Shown here piece by piece: positions 1 to 13,410 of a stretch of 64,000 nucleotides of DNA; positions within the stretch are counted from its first letter, which is position 1, and each line of letters begins with the position of its first letter. Location of the stretch: NCBI GenBank assembly GCA_044892505.1, contig CM097882.1, positions 547,274,001 to 547,338,000 on the forward strand, written 5' to 3'. Position numbers and translations under genes: made by a program. The DNA is from Schmidtea nova (taxonomy: Eukaryota). Below the pieces are notes generated by a model, which was given only the letters and a program-made list of their open reading frames with translations, did not search any database and was not told the origin of the DNA.

Positions 1-352
1 GAGTCCCTTTTTGTCCTAGAAAAAATCTGGGAGTAGAAAATGCTGTACAAAAGACCGACCGAAATTCCATGTACAAAATACCAGAGTCCCTTTTTGCCCG
101 AAAAAAATCTCGGAGCCCAAAATCCCTGTAATAAAAAATCCAGACCAAAATTCCATGTACAAAAATACCAGAGTCCCTTTTTGCCCGAGAAAAATCTCGG
201 AGCTCAAAATTCCTGTACAAAAGTTCGACAAAAACTTTTCTACTTCAAAAAGGCCAGACAAAAACATAGTGGCCCGTAAACTCAGAAAAAAAAATTTCTA
301 GGGGGGGGTGGGTAGAATTTGAAGTGAGTTCAAGGGCCATTATCTAACTACT
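1..352 (+). repeat. Subterminal ~85-bp tandem repeats, G-tract and putative Polinton-like terminus (...TATCTAACTACT)
   Basis: GAGTCCCTTTTTG(C/T)CC units start at 1, 84 and 171; G8 tract at 301; ends ACTACT at 347-352, whose reverse complement AGTAGTTAG resembles Polinton/Maverick 5'-AGTAGT termini. Confidence 0.45.
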
Positions 353-399
353 AATAATATTTCTTTTATGATAGATTTCTAAAGCTTTTTAATACAAGA

Positions 400-2190
400 C
401 AGTATTTCAGAGAATAGTTAGTTGAATAATAGACAATAAGTTGGTTGACATTTAATAATACAGAGTCACTTTGTAGATTGACTTAGTAGATATTTAGTTA
501 ATAAGCAAAGATACTTGATTAACACGTGGATCAATTTTCATAGTTGGTTAATACATAGAGTCGATTGGTATTTGATCAGTAACTGATCGGTTTTTGATTT
601 GTGAATAGTGTTAGTTGGTATCTGATTAGCTAATTTAACCAGTTGATTATGATATTTGATCAGCAACTATTTGGTTGTAGGTTTGTGTGCATATTGAGAT
701 TGTTTGTTGGTTGGTTGATTGATATGTAGGTATAAAATTAATGAATAGAACTAGTTGATTAATGTGTAGAAGTAGTTTGTAAGAACTTCGATGGTTAGTG
801 TGTAAATAGTGGGAAGTTGGTTGAATGTATAGGATTATTGAATAGATTAAGTTGGTTAATGTGAAGAAGTAGTTGTTTAATGTATAGAATTGGTTAGTAA
901 GTAAGGAATTGGTTGCTGGTTAGTATGTATAGTTAGTTAGTTGGTTAGTGTAGTTGGTTGGTTTGTATATGATTAATGAATAGAACTAGATGGTTAACGT
1001 GTAGATGTAGTTGGTAAATAAGGAAATGGTTTTTGGTCAGTGTGTATAGAGTGGGTAGTTGTTTGGTATAAAATTAAAGAATAAAACTAGTTGGTTGATG
1101 TGTAGAACTAGTTAGTAAGTAAGGAATTGGCTGTCTAGAAAGTAGAAAACAAGTAGTTGGATGATTGGTATAAAATTAATGAATAGTATTAGTTGGTTGA
1201 TGTATTGAACTAGTTGGTTAACGTGTAGAAGTAGTAAGTAAGTAAGTAAGTAAGTACTTGATTGCTTTGAAAGTTTAAAACATATAGTTGGTTGGTCAAT
1301 TGATTGGTAAAGGATTAATGAATAGAATTATTTTGTTGATGTGGAGAATAGTTGGTTAATGTGTAAAACTAGTTGGTAAGTAAGTATTTGGTGGCTGATT
1401 GGTTAGTATGTATAGAGTTGGTAGTTGGTTGGTGATTTGTGAATAGAGTTAGTTAGCTGATGTGTAGAACTTGTTGGGAAGTACGGAATTGGTTGATAGT
1501 TATAGTGTTTAGTTAGTTAGTTGGTTAATATAGTTGGTATGGTTGGTATAAGATTAATGAATAGAATTTGTTGGTTAATGTGAAGAGTTAGTTGGTTGAT
1601 GTATTAATGTAGTTGGTAAGTATGGGATTAGTTACTGGTTAGTATAAAACGAGTAATTGGCTGGTTGATTGATAGGTATAAGAATAATGAATAGAACTAG
1701 TTGGTTAATTTGAAGAGTTATTAGGTTGATGTATAAAACTAGTTTGTAAGGAATTGGTTGCTTAGAAAGTATAGAACGAGTAGTTGGCTGGTTGATTGAT
1801 AGTTATAAGAATAATGAAAAGAATTTGTTGGTAGATGTGTAGAACAATTTGGTTGGGTTAGTGTGTATAAGGTGGATAGTTGGTTGGTGATTTATGAATA
1901 GAGTTAGTTGGTTGATGTGTATAACTAGTTGGTAAGTAAGTATTTAGTTTGTTTGTTAACTGAGGGAATTACATTAGTTGATATTTAGTTAAAAATAAGA
2001 GATAATTGACACATGGAACAATTTTCTTAGTTGGTTAATGCATAGAGTCAGTTGGTATCTGATAAGTAACTAGTCGGTTGTTCATTTATGGATAGAGTCA
2101 GTTGGTATCTGATCAGTAACTAGTCTGTTGTTGATTTGTGTGTGTGTGTCTAATGAGATTATTAGTTAGTTGATCGGTTTATTGTAGGTA
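400..2190 (+). repeat. Degenerate G/T-rich, C-poor hierarchical minisatellite
   Basis: Recurring TAGTTGGTT(A/G)ATGTGTAGAA ~20-mers inside ~100-130-bp units that start TATAA(A/G)ATTAATGAATAGAA (e.g. 731, 1067, 1169, 1546, 1676). Confidence 0.8.
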
Positions 2191-2199
2191 CTTGGATTG

Positions 2200-4830
2200 A
2201 TTTTGTTAAAAAATTTAATTAATAAATATCAACGTTGTATTTTAAAATATTTAGTTATAAATTTTATTTCATAATAAATTAATTTTACTTTAAAATTATT
2301 TAAATTTTACCCACTTCCAGATTTCTCAAAACAATTTAGTACTTAATTTCTAAAATTTCATATTATATCATTTTAACTCTGTTTGCCTAAAATTTACACT
2401 TTTTTACTAATCTTTAAATATATATCATTTAAACTCAGTGCTTGCTTAGTTTTACCATTTTGATCATTTTAATTTAACCATGTGTTTAATACCTTTTTCT
2501 TAAATCTTTATTTAAAATTTCATTTCAAAAATACTTGAGATCCTTTCGTGTTCTATAAATTTAAAGATAATTTACTTGTTTAAAAAAAATTACAGGTGTT
2601 TTTTATTTACCATAAAATTTCTATTTTAATTCAAAATTACCAGATTCACTTTTTATCCTAGAAATTGTGAGAGTTGAAAATCCAGTACAAAATATCAAAA
2701 TTTATTCTGAGCTCTTGAATTTTTGGAAATTTTCGAAGCCTATCCTTTTTACGTGTAAAATTGGGTCGGATGAGATAAATTTTCATGTTTTTACTTTTTT
2801 TATCATTATTGTTTGCCTTTTAATTTTCAAAAGATTGGTATAAAAATTATTGAAATCTGAGCATCTTTGAATTTTTGTAAATTGCCGGAATCAACCCTTT
2901 TTACGTCTAAAATTTGGTAGGATGAGACAAATTTTCATGTTATTACTTTTTTGACCATAATTGTTTGTTTTTCAATTCTCAATAGATTGGTATAAAAATT
3001 ATTGAATTCTGACCATTTTTGAATTTTTGGAAATTTTTAGACCGAAACTTTTTATCAAAAATACTGAGAACTAAATATCGTGTTCAAAAACACCAGACCA
3101 AAAAATCAAATACAAAAATATCAGAGCCCTTTTTTGTCCGAGAAAAAAAATTTCTCAAATATTTTAAATTAATTTACTTAAAATTAACTTTTAAAATTTA
3201 CCAACTCTGTGATTTCCCAAATAATTCGTATTTACTTTAAAATTTTTGATATTATGTCATTTCAACTCTGCGATTGCCTACTTTTACCCATATTATTATA
3301 TTATATATATTATGTCATTACAACTCTCGCATTGCCTTATTCTTACACTTTTTTCATTAAGTTTTAAAAATTATGTCATTATTTTGTCTTTGTAAAATTC
3401 TCCATCTTTTATCATTTATTTTATTATTATTAAATATATTTTATCCTTTCTTATTTTACCCTATAAATTTAACCATTTAAATCTATTAAACATTTTTATA
3501 AATTTACACGTGTTTTTATTTACCATAAAAATCTCTTGTAAATTTCAGTATAAAAAAGTTTATTGTATTTAGTTTAAGATTTTATAAAAAATTAAACTTT
3601 AATTTAAAAATTTTACTTTAAAATTTTCCAACTCTGAGATTTCCCAAAAAATAAGTTTAAAATTTCTTTATTATGTCATTTCAACACTGACTTTGCCTTA
3701 ATTTTACCCTTTTTATTAAATTTTAAATATTATGTGATTTCATCTCTGACTTTGCCTTAATTTTACCCTTTTTTATTAAATTTTAAATATTATATCATTC
3801 TTTTGTCTTTATATTTTACCATAGAAATTTAATCATTTAAATCTATTTAACATTTTTCTAAATTTACACATGTTTTTATTTACCATTAAAATCTCTTGTA
3901 AATTTCAGTATAAAAACGTTTATTGTATTTAGTTAAGGATTTTATAAAAATTTAAATTGTATAAAAATTTAATTCTAAAAAATTTTACTTTGAAAATTTT
4001 ACTTTAAAAATTTTACTTTTAAATTTACCAACTCCGAGATTTCCCAAAACATTTCGTGCTTATTTTTTAAATTTTCATATTATATCATTTCAACTCTGAC
4101 TTTGCCCGATTTTTACCCTTTTTTATTAAATTTTAAATATTAGGTCATTCTTTTGTCTTTGTAAAATTCTCCATGTTTTATTACCTATTTAGTTTAACCA
4201 CGAGTTAAATCTTTATTTAAAATTTCAGTTAAAATTACCAGAGTCCCTTTTTGCCCGAGAAAAATTGTGGGAATTGAAAATCCAGTTTAAAAATAATTCA
4301 ATCTATTTTATTTGTTTAAAAAAATTACACGTGTTTTTTATTTACCATTAAAAATTATAATTTAATTAAAAATTACCAGAGTCCCATTTTGCACGAGAAA
4401 AATCTGGGAGTAGGAAATCCTATACAACAAACCCAGACCAAAATTCTATACAAAACATCGACAAATATTTTTCAGTACAAAAAACCCAGAGTCCCTTTTT
4501 GCCTTAGAAAAATCTCAGAGTAGAAAATCCTCTACAAAAAACCCAGACCAAAATTACCTATAGAAAAATATCTGACCATAATGTCCTATAGAAAATACTG
4601 AGACCAAAAATCCCTGTTCAAATATCTCAGACCAAATTTCCATGTACAAAAATACCAGAGTCTCTTTTTACCCGAGAAAAATTGTGGGGGTTTAATAGCC
4701 ACTGGGTTTAAAAGCCACTTGGGTTTAAAAGCCACTTGGGTTTAATAGCCACTGGCTTTTAAACCCACTTTTTTCTAGGGAGGGGGGGTTGGGTTAGAAA
4801 GCCACTGGGTTAGGGAGCCTTCTAATGATC
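2200..4830 (+). repeat. Composite AT-rich tandem duplications ending in a second copy of the 1-352 terminal repeat family
   Basis: ~150-bp duplication (about 2700-2850 and 2850-3010); ~360-bp units at 3230-4350; GAGTCCC units at 4241, 4381 and 4490; 15-16-bp AAAGCCACTGGGTTT repeats at 4690-4770; G-tract at 4778-4815. Confidence 0.7.
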
Positions 4831-4987
4831 AAAAAAGAATGACTGGATTTAGTACTAGTTCCAAAAACTTTCAGTGCAGTACTCGTTAAAAAAATTCGCG
4901 AAGAACTTTGTCATGTTGATGTAAAAAAATTAGTACATTACGTAAAAATATATTTCATTTGTCATGTTGGAGTAAAAGAAATTAGTA

Positions 4988-5581
4988 CAGGAATACCTCG
5001 CATAGTAGGGTTTCGATCAGTACGGTTTTTCTATAGTACGGTTTTGAAATTTTCAGAATATGATTGTTTTTAAAATGATTAAATAAAATTTTCGAAATTT
5101 AAAAAAGTTTTTTTTAATTAATTTTTTAGAATTTATTCGTTATTATAAAATCAATAGATCAATACTAGATCAAAGTTGTTGGTTTTATATTTTTAATCGT
5201 AGAGTATGTTGACTTTTATATATTTAGATTCTAATTTAAAAAATAAAATGAGTGGCAGAACAAAGTGTAAAAGTGACTCCACAACGAAAAAACGCAAATG
5301 GCTCACTTTAGAACAGAAGCTTAGCGTTATTAAACTTTATGAGGAAGGGGCTTCATTTGCTAAAGTAGAAAAAGAAAGGGGAATGAACGAGGCGTCAGTT
5401 AAATATAAAAATACATAACAAAATATTTTTTGTTTACTAGATTATAATCATGATTTTTAAATTTCTTAATAGGGGTACTAAGCCGTAAATTTATTAGCGC
5501 CAGAATTCCTCGAATATTCCGGTTACAAATAGTACGGCTAAATTCCAGAACCGATTTACTGTACTGTTCGAGGTATTCCTG
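4988..5581 (+). mobile_element. Internally deleted Tigger/pogo DNA transposon
   Basis: Perfect 13-bp TIRs CAGGAATACCTCG / CGAGGTATTCCTG and TA TSD; ORF 5206-5418 has a CENP-B/psq-type HTH start (KKRKWLTLEQKLSVIKLYEEG); the empty site ATTAGTACATTACG is preserved in the adjacent tandem copy at about 4930. Confidence 0.9.
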
Positions 5582-5589
5582 TACATTAC

Positions 5590-6500
5590 GTAAAAATATG
5601 TTTCATTGACCAGACATGCACGGTACCATTAGAGAATGCCTACAGAAATGCGTGGAATGCGCTGAGCGTAAAATAAACCAAGAGCAGATTAAAGAGATTC
5701 TAATACCACGAAAAAGTACAGTCTTTGGATCAGATAGTTATCGACATTGCTTATATGAAACCACTGGCAACGAAGAAATATGTAGTAGTAATAATAGATC
5801 GATTTTCAAAACTAGTAAGCCTAACGTCACTTCAAAACAGGATGAAAAAACAATTTACAAAATCTTGCTGAATCAGTGGATATACAAATTCGGAAAACCT
5901 AAAAGTATATTAACAGAAAGAGGAAAAAATTTTGAAAGCACATTTTGGAAGGAAAAATTAGAAATATTTGGAATATTTGGAATTCTTCAAGAGTTTAGTT
6001 CTCCTTACCAACATCAATCAAATGGTCTTACCAAGTGAACAATAAGGACAATGAGAGATCTAATAACCACATTTTTGGCTGGAAGTAGTGAAGAGAGGAA
6101 TTGGTTAGAAATTTTACCGAAGATTGAATTATGTATCATTTTAACTTAAGAGAATACCAAGGGTTATTCACCGTTTAAAAGTATTTATGGCGGAAAATAA
6201 ATCTCTATTCAAATATTTCTTCGACAGTAAAGCCAATCCAAAATATTATCGAAACTGTTAAAGAAAACTCAAAAACTGCTGCTGAAAAGATGAAGAATAC
6301 AGATTTAAATAAGCGCCGTACACGATACTTTCAGATCGGGTATGAAGTGCTTATTCGTAAAGAACCATACAAAAGAACAAAAGATGGGATGCAATACGAA
6401 AGACCATACAAAATAAAAAAATTGATATCAACCCATCAAGTGGAAGTAGAAGACAAAAACACTATTAAACAGTGAAGAATAGAATGGCTAAAGAAGTGGC
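5590..6500 (+). pseudogene. Degraded Ty3/Gypsy integrase fragment
   Basis: CxxC of the Zn finger (IRECLQKCVEC), rve core (FGKPKSILTERGKNFES, SSPYQHQSNG), GPY/F-like tail (MQYERPYKI); stops and frameshifts. Confidence 0.8.
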
Positions 6501-7330
6501 ATGGTGCTTAAAGATGTTAAGTGCTTAAATGTTAAGATTTAAAAAATCTAAATGTTTATATTTAGATTTTTTAAATAAGTTGTTGTTTGAAAAATTGTTT
6601 TTTTAGTGAATAAATATTTTAAATTTGAATTTAGTTTTTTTTTTGATATAATGATGCATGATTGAGAAAACTCCATGACTGGTAGTTTTTATTATTAACT
6701 TACAACACTTAATAATTAAAATAAATTTATTTTTAGTGCTAAAATGTTTCGGTAGGGTGGATTTCAATACCCAAATGCTCTCAACTTTTAAGGAAATTCG
6801 CCAGAAATAATTTTTACTTTCTATGGAATTTACTGTTAAGAATTCACGCTCTTCATTAAATTCACTGGAAATAATTCATCGTTCATACGTTCTATCTAGT
6901 TCCTCCCTGCCTTTTAGGAATTATTACCTGTTGTATGCGAAAGCCTCAGATCATGCAGACGGAAACGAAGTTAAAAATGAAAAGAATACTGTTTTCTAGA
7001 TTTGAGCAATTTTTTTAATCTAGGTTGTACAATAAATATTTTCAAAAATATTATTTTAATTTGTTTTCGCTCACCATATTCAACTATTATATTTTACAAT
7101 TAATTTCTCAGTTAAATAAAATAAAATTAGATTTCAGGTTTAATTTTTCTTTTTCCTATTTATATGTATGATCCCGAAAACCGAAATTTAATGCGAACAT
7201 ATAATTTTACGAATAAGACTCGTAGTAAAGATACATTCTCGCATTAAAAAAGATTTTCATAAAAAATTTTTATAATAAGATTAAATTACATTTTATAATA
7301 TGGGAGATAGACTATAATATATATAAATAC

Positions 7331-7363
7331 ACACTTGATAAAGGCTGTGCCGAAATATTGTGT
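7331..7363 (+). ncRNA. Minimal type I hammerhead ribozyme motif, U3-A8 variant (Penelope pLTR)
   Basis: ACAC-TTGATAA-A-GGC(TGT)GCC-GAA-ATAT-T-GTGT: stem I ACAC/GTGT, stem II GGC/GCC, palindromic stem III. Confidence 0.65.
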
Positions 7364-9131
7364 TATTGTTTATAAAAAAAAATTTTGATCTATAGTCATN
7401 NNNNNNNNNNNNNNNNNNNNNNNNNNNNNNNNNNNNNNNNNNNNNNNNNNNNNNNNNNNNNNNNNNNNNNNNNNNNNNNNNNNNNNNNNNNNNNNNNNNN
7501 NNNNNNNNNNNNNNNNNNNNNNNNNNNNNNNNNNNNNNNNNNNNNNNNNNNNNNNNNATTTTTACAAAAATTTTACCCTAGCAACATATTTTACAAAATA
7601 GTCCTAATGATAAAATTGAAAGGCGTTTTTATACTAAAATTTTTTGGTATGAGTTAGACCAGGTAATGAGGTTGAATTGGATCTTTCTATTAATTATGAA
7701 TTGTACGGAATAGTCCTTATGATAAAATCAGACTGCGTTACGATGATTAAATAAATTTTTAGGTAATTTATAACGTAAATTTTCACAAAACAGTTCGTAT
7801 ATCGACATTAAATGGCATTTCATTCACAATATTCTCAAATCTTTATTGTCTAATTTTATATTAGTTTTCGCAATAATATTATTAAAATTTCTTAATCAAA
7901 TTTTCAAAAAAGATTTTCTTAATTCCATTATTGAGTTTCTGTTGAATTTTTTATTGAATTTTATTAAATAAAAATTTTCCAGGTTTTTAAATCCAAAATT
8001 AAAAGAAAATTTTTATACGAGCGATTAACTTAATGTAAGTAAAATTCCATTTTTCCTAAGATAATTTGATATGTCATCACTGGTCGGACGGGTTTAAGGT
8101 TTTTCTGACACGACCTAGTTAAGATTTCGACATTCGAGTGTATGTCGTAGCGATTGAGTAAGGTTCTGATCTTGCTTTCACTATCTTGACGATGATTGAG
8201 AGAGAGAAATTTGTCTTTGAATGTACGTTTCGATGTGTAGAATTTGAATGTAGATGAATTAAAGGCAAATTCTGAGCATATTAAAATAAATTCGAATTAG
8301 ATACGACACTATACTTAAAGATAAATTAATTTGAACATATATTGCCTTTGGCCAAGCCATTGTTCCATATACATCAATGGATACGATGAAGATATCATGG
8401 GTGTATGGGCGTCACCTCGGATAGAAATATGAGCTAACCGGCTAATGGATCTCAACAGAATAGCGATCCTCCTAGGCTACTTAGTCAATACAGCACATAG
8501 TACTGAACTGACGTCAGAAGGTACGGAAGTCAAAAATTATTTATGATAGTATGTGATTAAGTAAATGATAAAAAGGGGTTGAAATTACGTATATATTAGA
8601 TTAGTTAGGTAAGGATTTGTGACAAAATTTAATGAAATGAACCTAAATAAAATAAAATTTGAAACTCATAATACTTTAATTATCAAAAAACATGAGTGAA
8701 ATACAATAAAATAAATAATGATAATATATATTATTATGTTACACATAAATTATGAATAAATTATGAAAATATCAGTTAAAGATAAAATACCCAACATGGG
8801 GTGAGGGGGGCATGACTCGCCAACCCATACTTCACAATCATAAACCTCAGATTTCGAAATCATTTTGTAGGTATCTCGAAATAAGTTCGATAAAGAAATA
8901 TTCTTTGGAGAGGCAATTTTTTCGAAGTTGACTTTCCGCAGTAAGGGTCGTCTCAATTATCTGTGAGTGGGAAATGAAATCTCGGTTACCTGTGAAAAGT
9001 TAAAGGTACGCATAAATCTCATTTCAAAAAAAAATACGTCGTATATTCTTCAAAATTTTGACTAGCTATCCGCCTTATAAGATTCTCCCAGTTTGTAGTC
9101 GCAAAATTCTGATTTCTCCCATTTTTATGGC

Positions 9132-9133
<2 letters not shown>

Positions 9134-9214
<81 letters not shown>
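9134..9214. repeat. (TA)n microsatellite (others near 12410, 16540, 16940, 46965, 47465, 57330, 58050, 61285)
   Basis: Direct reading. Confidence 0.98.
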
Positions 9215-9216
<2 letters not shown>

Positions 9217-11499
9217 TCCTGTTGTTTTCAATAGCGCGTTTAAATAAATTGTTCTAGAATGAATTTTCGATTTTTCTTAAATTCAATTCAAAGATTTTAT
9301 GATAAAATAAATTATTATTTTGTATAAAAAGTTTCAAATAATTTACATAATTCTATTTTAATCCAAAATTTTTATTTCCAATAAAAAGTTTTACTACTTT
9401 ATTTAAATATGCAAGATTTTTATTTAAATAAATTTTTTAATATTTTATAAAAATTTTAAGATAAAAATCAAAACATTGTTTCTGAAAATGTGTAAATATT
9501 CCTAATTTGTAATTTTATTTGGCAATTCATGTTTTTATGTCAGATTTGTGTTTTCAACGTGTATATTTTATGCGCTATTTTCATTATTTATTTTTAAACG
9601 TGTTTTATTTAATTTTTCAATGTGTTTTGTTACTAATTTGCTTAATTAGTGTTTCTCATGATAGATTTTAAAATCACATCTTGCCGCTTATTTAAGACAA
9701 CTTTCAGTTTTTGCCCAGCATTATGCAGTTGTCGCGCCCGTAATTGTATTGCAATATTTTTGTTATCCATACTATTGAATTGCAGAATATAAGTAATGTA
9801 CACACACGCAAATACAATTTGGATAAATTTGTATTAATACTTGAAATTTATGATTATTAATAAAATGAACCAAGAAATATTTTATAATCAATATGATTGA
9901 TGGTCTGTTATTTAAAGAAAAAGATGATGAAATTATATCAAATCTACAAATCCTGGTGTCCGATGCCAAAAAATTATATAATTCTAATCCGGTAGATTTT
10001 TCGTGGATTTTGAAACAAAAAACAACTACAAGCAAGAAATATACATTTAAAAGCGTGTTATACTCGTTATTTATGTCTTAAATGAAGTTGTCACATGTCA
10101 TTGTGGTGATCATATATATTAAACAAGTATTAGTTAATTGAGGTTCGAATTATTAAAGTAATTTTAATGGGCAGTTCAGGTATTATATTTTTATTTAACT
10201 ATATTATTAATATTATTTTAGATTATCCAAAGTGAAATATGCCTCTGTATTTAAGAAAACGATTAATGTCAAAAAATAATAGAATTTGCTAAAAATAGTA
10301 AGATTATAGGAAAAACAAAGAAAAATTGAAAACTATATTGGTGATAACATTTGGACTCTAGCATTTATGTTTTTGTAAATTTAATTTATCGAAAAGAAAT
10401 ATATTTTTGTTTGATATTAATTTAAACTTTACAGAATATTTAAATTTTTTGATTGATTAATATAGATTTTATAGTAAAATTAGTTTAATACAGATTATTT
10501 TAGTTAGGTCGCGAGTGTAAAATTTAAGAGAAAATAATGTATGCTTTTACTTTTTTTTCTAATTGAAATTAAATAGGTTTTAGATTTATATGAATAAAAT
10601 TGGTTTTTTACACAAAAGGATTGTAAAAACTTAGGTGATTGATCAAAACAATGACAAGAGTTTCGAAAATCAATAAAATTCTGCTATAATGATGTGTTTA
10701 TTTTAAACAAAGTAGATAAATTCGTGCTTAAAAGTAATGATTCACATGTGTAAAATGACCTTTAATGTGTGTGTATGATTTATGTTATGTGTATATCATG
10801 CTTTGTTTCATGCGCTTACATACGAAATGTTTTTCTTAAATAAATACTATAAAATACATGTAATATTTTTAAAACGAATCTAGTAAAAACAAATTGGAAT
10901 TAAACATTTATCAATATTTATTAAAAATGGTTGAAATATTATCAACAATGGTTGAAAATGATATTTTCTCAACACATCTTTTAGAATCCATACATCATAG
11001 TTCTTTACATGTCAACGAAACTTTCACATCGATATACACAAGTATCATTATATAGTACTACCAATAGTTCCTGATCAATTGTCTTTAAATGTTCCAATAA
11101 AACAGCATTGAGATCTATTCCGGTTGACATTTACATTCAAAATGGTATAATGTCCGGAGCCCAGTATATAAAATCTTTTAAAAGACAGTGATAAAACTCC
11201 ACTGCCTTGGAAATTAAAATTTGCATTAGTTTTTCTAAAATAAAAGTTAAAAATGAATTACTATTTGATGTTAAGTTGGACATTTTTAAATATAAAGGAA
11301 AAAGAACTGGTATATATACTAATTATTTACACACATACTTATTTGTAAATAAAATATTGGATTACAGGATGAAGCTTTGAGAGATAAATGCCATCACAAA
11401 AGAGGTTCTGATACTAAGGTTCTGATACTAGAGTTATGATACTATGTTACTCATTGTATTTTAAAGTCTGAATTGTTGATATAAATAACTGTGTCTTGT

Positions 11500-12406
11500 A
11501 ACGAATGTGTCTTTTTTCAAAATATTTTTTTAAAAATGAAGATATTCTGAAAAACAAACATAATTATACCACAAACACAATTCGCAAAATACAACATCCA
11601 ATTACTTAAACTCATTCAAAATATCCGTGGAACGGGCACTTTGAGCAATAATTTTTGTATTTAAATATCTAATCAACAATGCCTCACAAGTTATTCGTTC
11701 CCAATAATTAAATCAAAACTTTTGAAATAATTTTAAAATCAGAGATACAAATTTTTTACTGAAACATCTCCTAAAATGCTCACTAATATTAGTTAAAATA
11801 TTTAGTCGGCAATGCTCAAGAACTCAAGTGTAGAGATGACGGGCAGTCTCTCCAATGTATGTAGCATTACAACCATTACATAAAAATTGATAAACGAGCT
11901 CAGAACACAAACCAAATGGCGTTGGACATTTATTAGTGAACAAACTAATAACTTTGCAAGATGCTGACACAATCCTAAATTGATTTTTGTCTACATATTT
12001 GAGAATCTTATGCTTAAATTCTCTGAAGCGATCAGAATAACGCAACACATATTTCGGCTCAGTGCGATTAGATCGATTTTTGTCACTTTCTAAAATTAAT
12101 AATGTACTTTTATCAGAATCAATAGGTAACTTCAATCCAGAGACACCTATAAAAAAATTACTAGAATTCAACATTAACTTATCCACAGTCACTTTTGTCA
12201 TGTTTTCACGAAAAGATTTAGAGTAACAACCCAATGAAGGCATCGATACTTTTTACTGAATTAACAAACGTATAAGATAATGATCAAGCACCAAACACCA
12301 ATCTTCTCACCATATTCCTCTTATATTTATATTCACAAAAACTTTCAGGCGTAGTAAACAGACCAGTATCAGTCGACTTTCTAAAAATTTAGTCTTATAA
12401 TGTTTC

Positions 12407-12409
<3 letters not shown>
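11500..12409 (-). mobile_element. 5'-truncated Penelope-like retroelement (RT C-terminus plus GIY-YIG endonuclease), degraded
   Basis: FRKSTDTGL RT/thumb motif at about 12360-12385; LVYQFLCNGCNATYIGETARHL GIY-YIG motif at 11824-11900; abuts (TA)n. Confidence 0.85.
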
Positions 12410-12443
<34 letters not shown>

Positions 12444-13410
12444 TTTTAATTATTTTAAATAATTATTTTCAATTATGTAATATTTATTTGCTCTACATTC
12501 AAAGTAAATTTAATAATAAATGAAATTTGTAGAAATGCTCTAGGAATAAAGAAATATTCGAATGGTTAAATTTTTCTATTTCTATTTATAATTAATTAAT
12601 TTTATTTAACAACCTTCTTTTACTATTATGTGCTCTTAATTTTTTTATTATCCTAAAAAAGCCGTTTTAAAATTGTCTTCCAGGGTCGATCAAATCTACC
12701 AGTCCGTCTCTGTGGGGCGATAAGACCTTTATCCGTGTAGTATTATATACTTAAACAGAATAAATACTGTAAAAGCCAACAGTGAACAAATATAAAATAA
12801 AATTTTAAATACAAAGTTTGGTCTCAGTAACAAATTCGAAATAGCTAAAAATTTCTAATTCTCGTCAAGAAAAAAAATATTATTAAAAGAAATCATTTAA
12901 AGTTGATAAAATCTTCCATTAAAATGACAAAGCAATGGGTAATGAATTAAATAAATAATTTATTGTTTTATTAATCTGATGTTTACCTACTAAAAAAATT
13001 TTTGTTTTAACATTATTTTCTATTTTAATTAAAATCAAAAAATACGCTAGTCTTGTTATTTTTAGGGTTAATTATTTATAAGACCTTATTTTAATAAATA
13101 TTAATTTGTTAATTATTATAATTTTATATTTAACATGTTGATTATTATTTTCTAGATTTGAAACTTGATTTTTCCTTGTCAAAAATATTTTTCAAATATT
13201 TTCTGATATTTAGGGATCGCGTGTCTGAAGCTCAAATTCATTTGATATGTGGTGCACCTAATAAGTACTTGGACTCGACAAGAAATATTTTTTTATAAAA
13301 ATGAATATATTTAATAGATATCGCAGGCGATTATACTTAAATATGTATAGGTAATGAAGTGATTTTTAAGCTATTTTTTGGAAAAGGAATTGAGCTTTTT
13401 GCAATAGAAA

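Noticed and set aside
16-279. ORFs in the terminal tandem repeats
   Set aside because: The repeated peptide only mirrors the 85-bp DNA unit; no domain
1-4830. CRISPR-like or telomeric array
   Set aside because: Eukaryotic context; repeats are degenerate without unique spacers; no (TTAGGG)n run
9019-9231. YIYIYI ORF
   Set aside because: Translation of a (TA)n microsatellite
8750-11250. Scattered putative host exons (8750-8956, 9893-10081, about 11140-11210)
   Set aside because: No consistent strand, phase or recognisable domain
11490-11530. Possible hammerhead at the 3' end of the first Penelope
   Set aside because: TTGAAAAAAGAC is present but GAAA and the stems are lost
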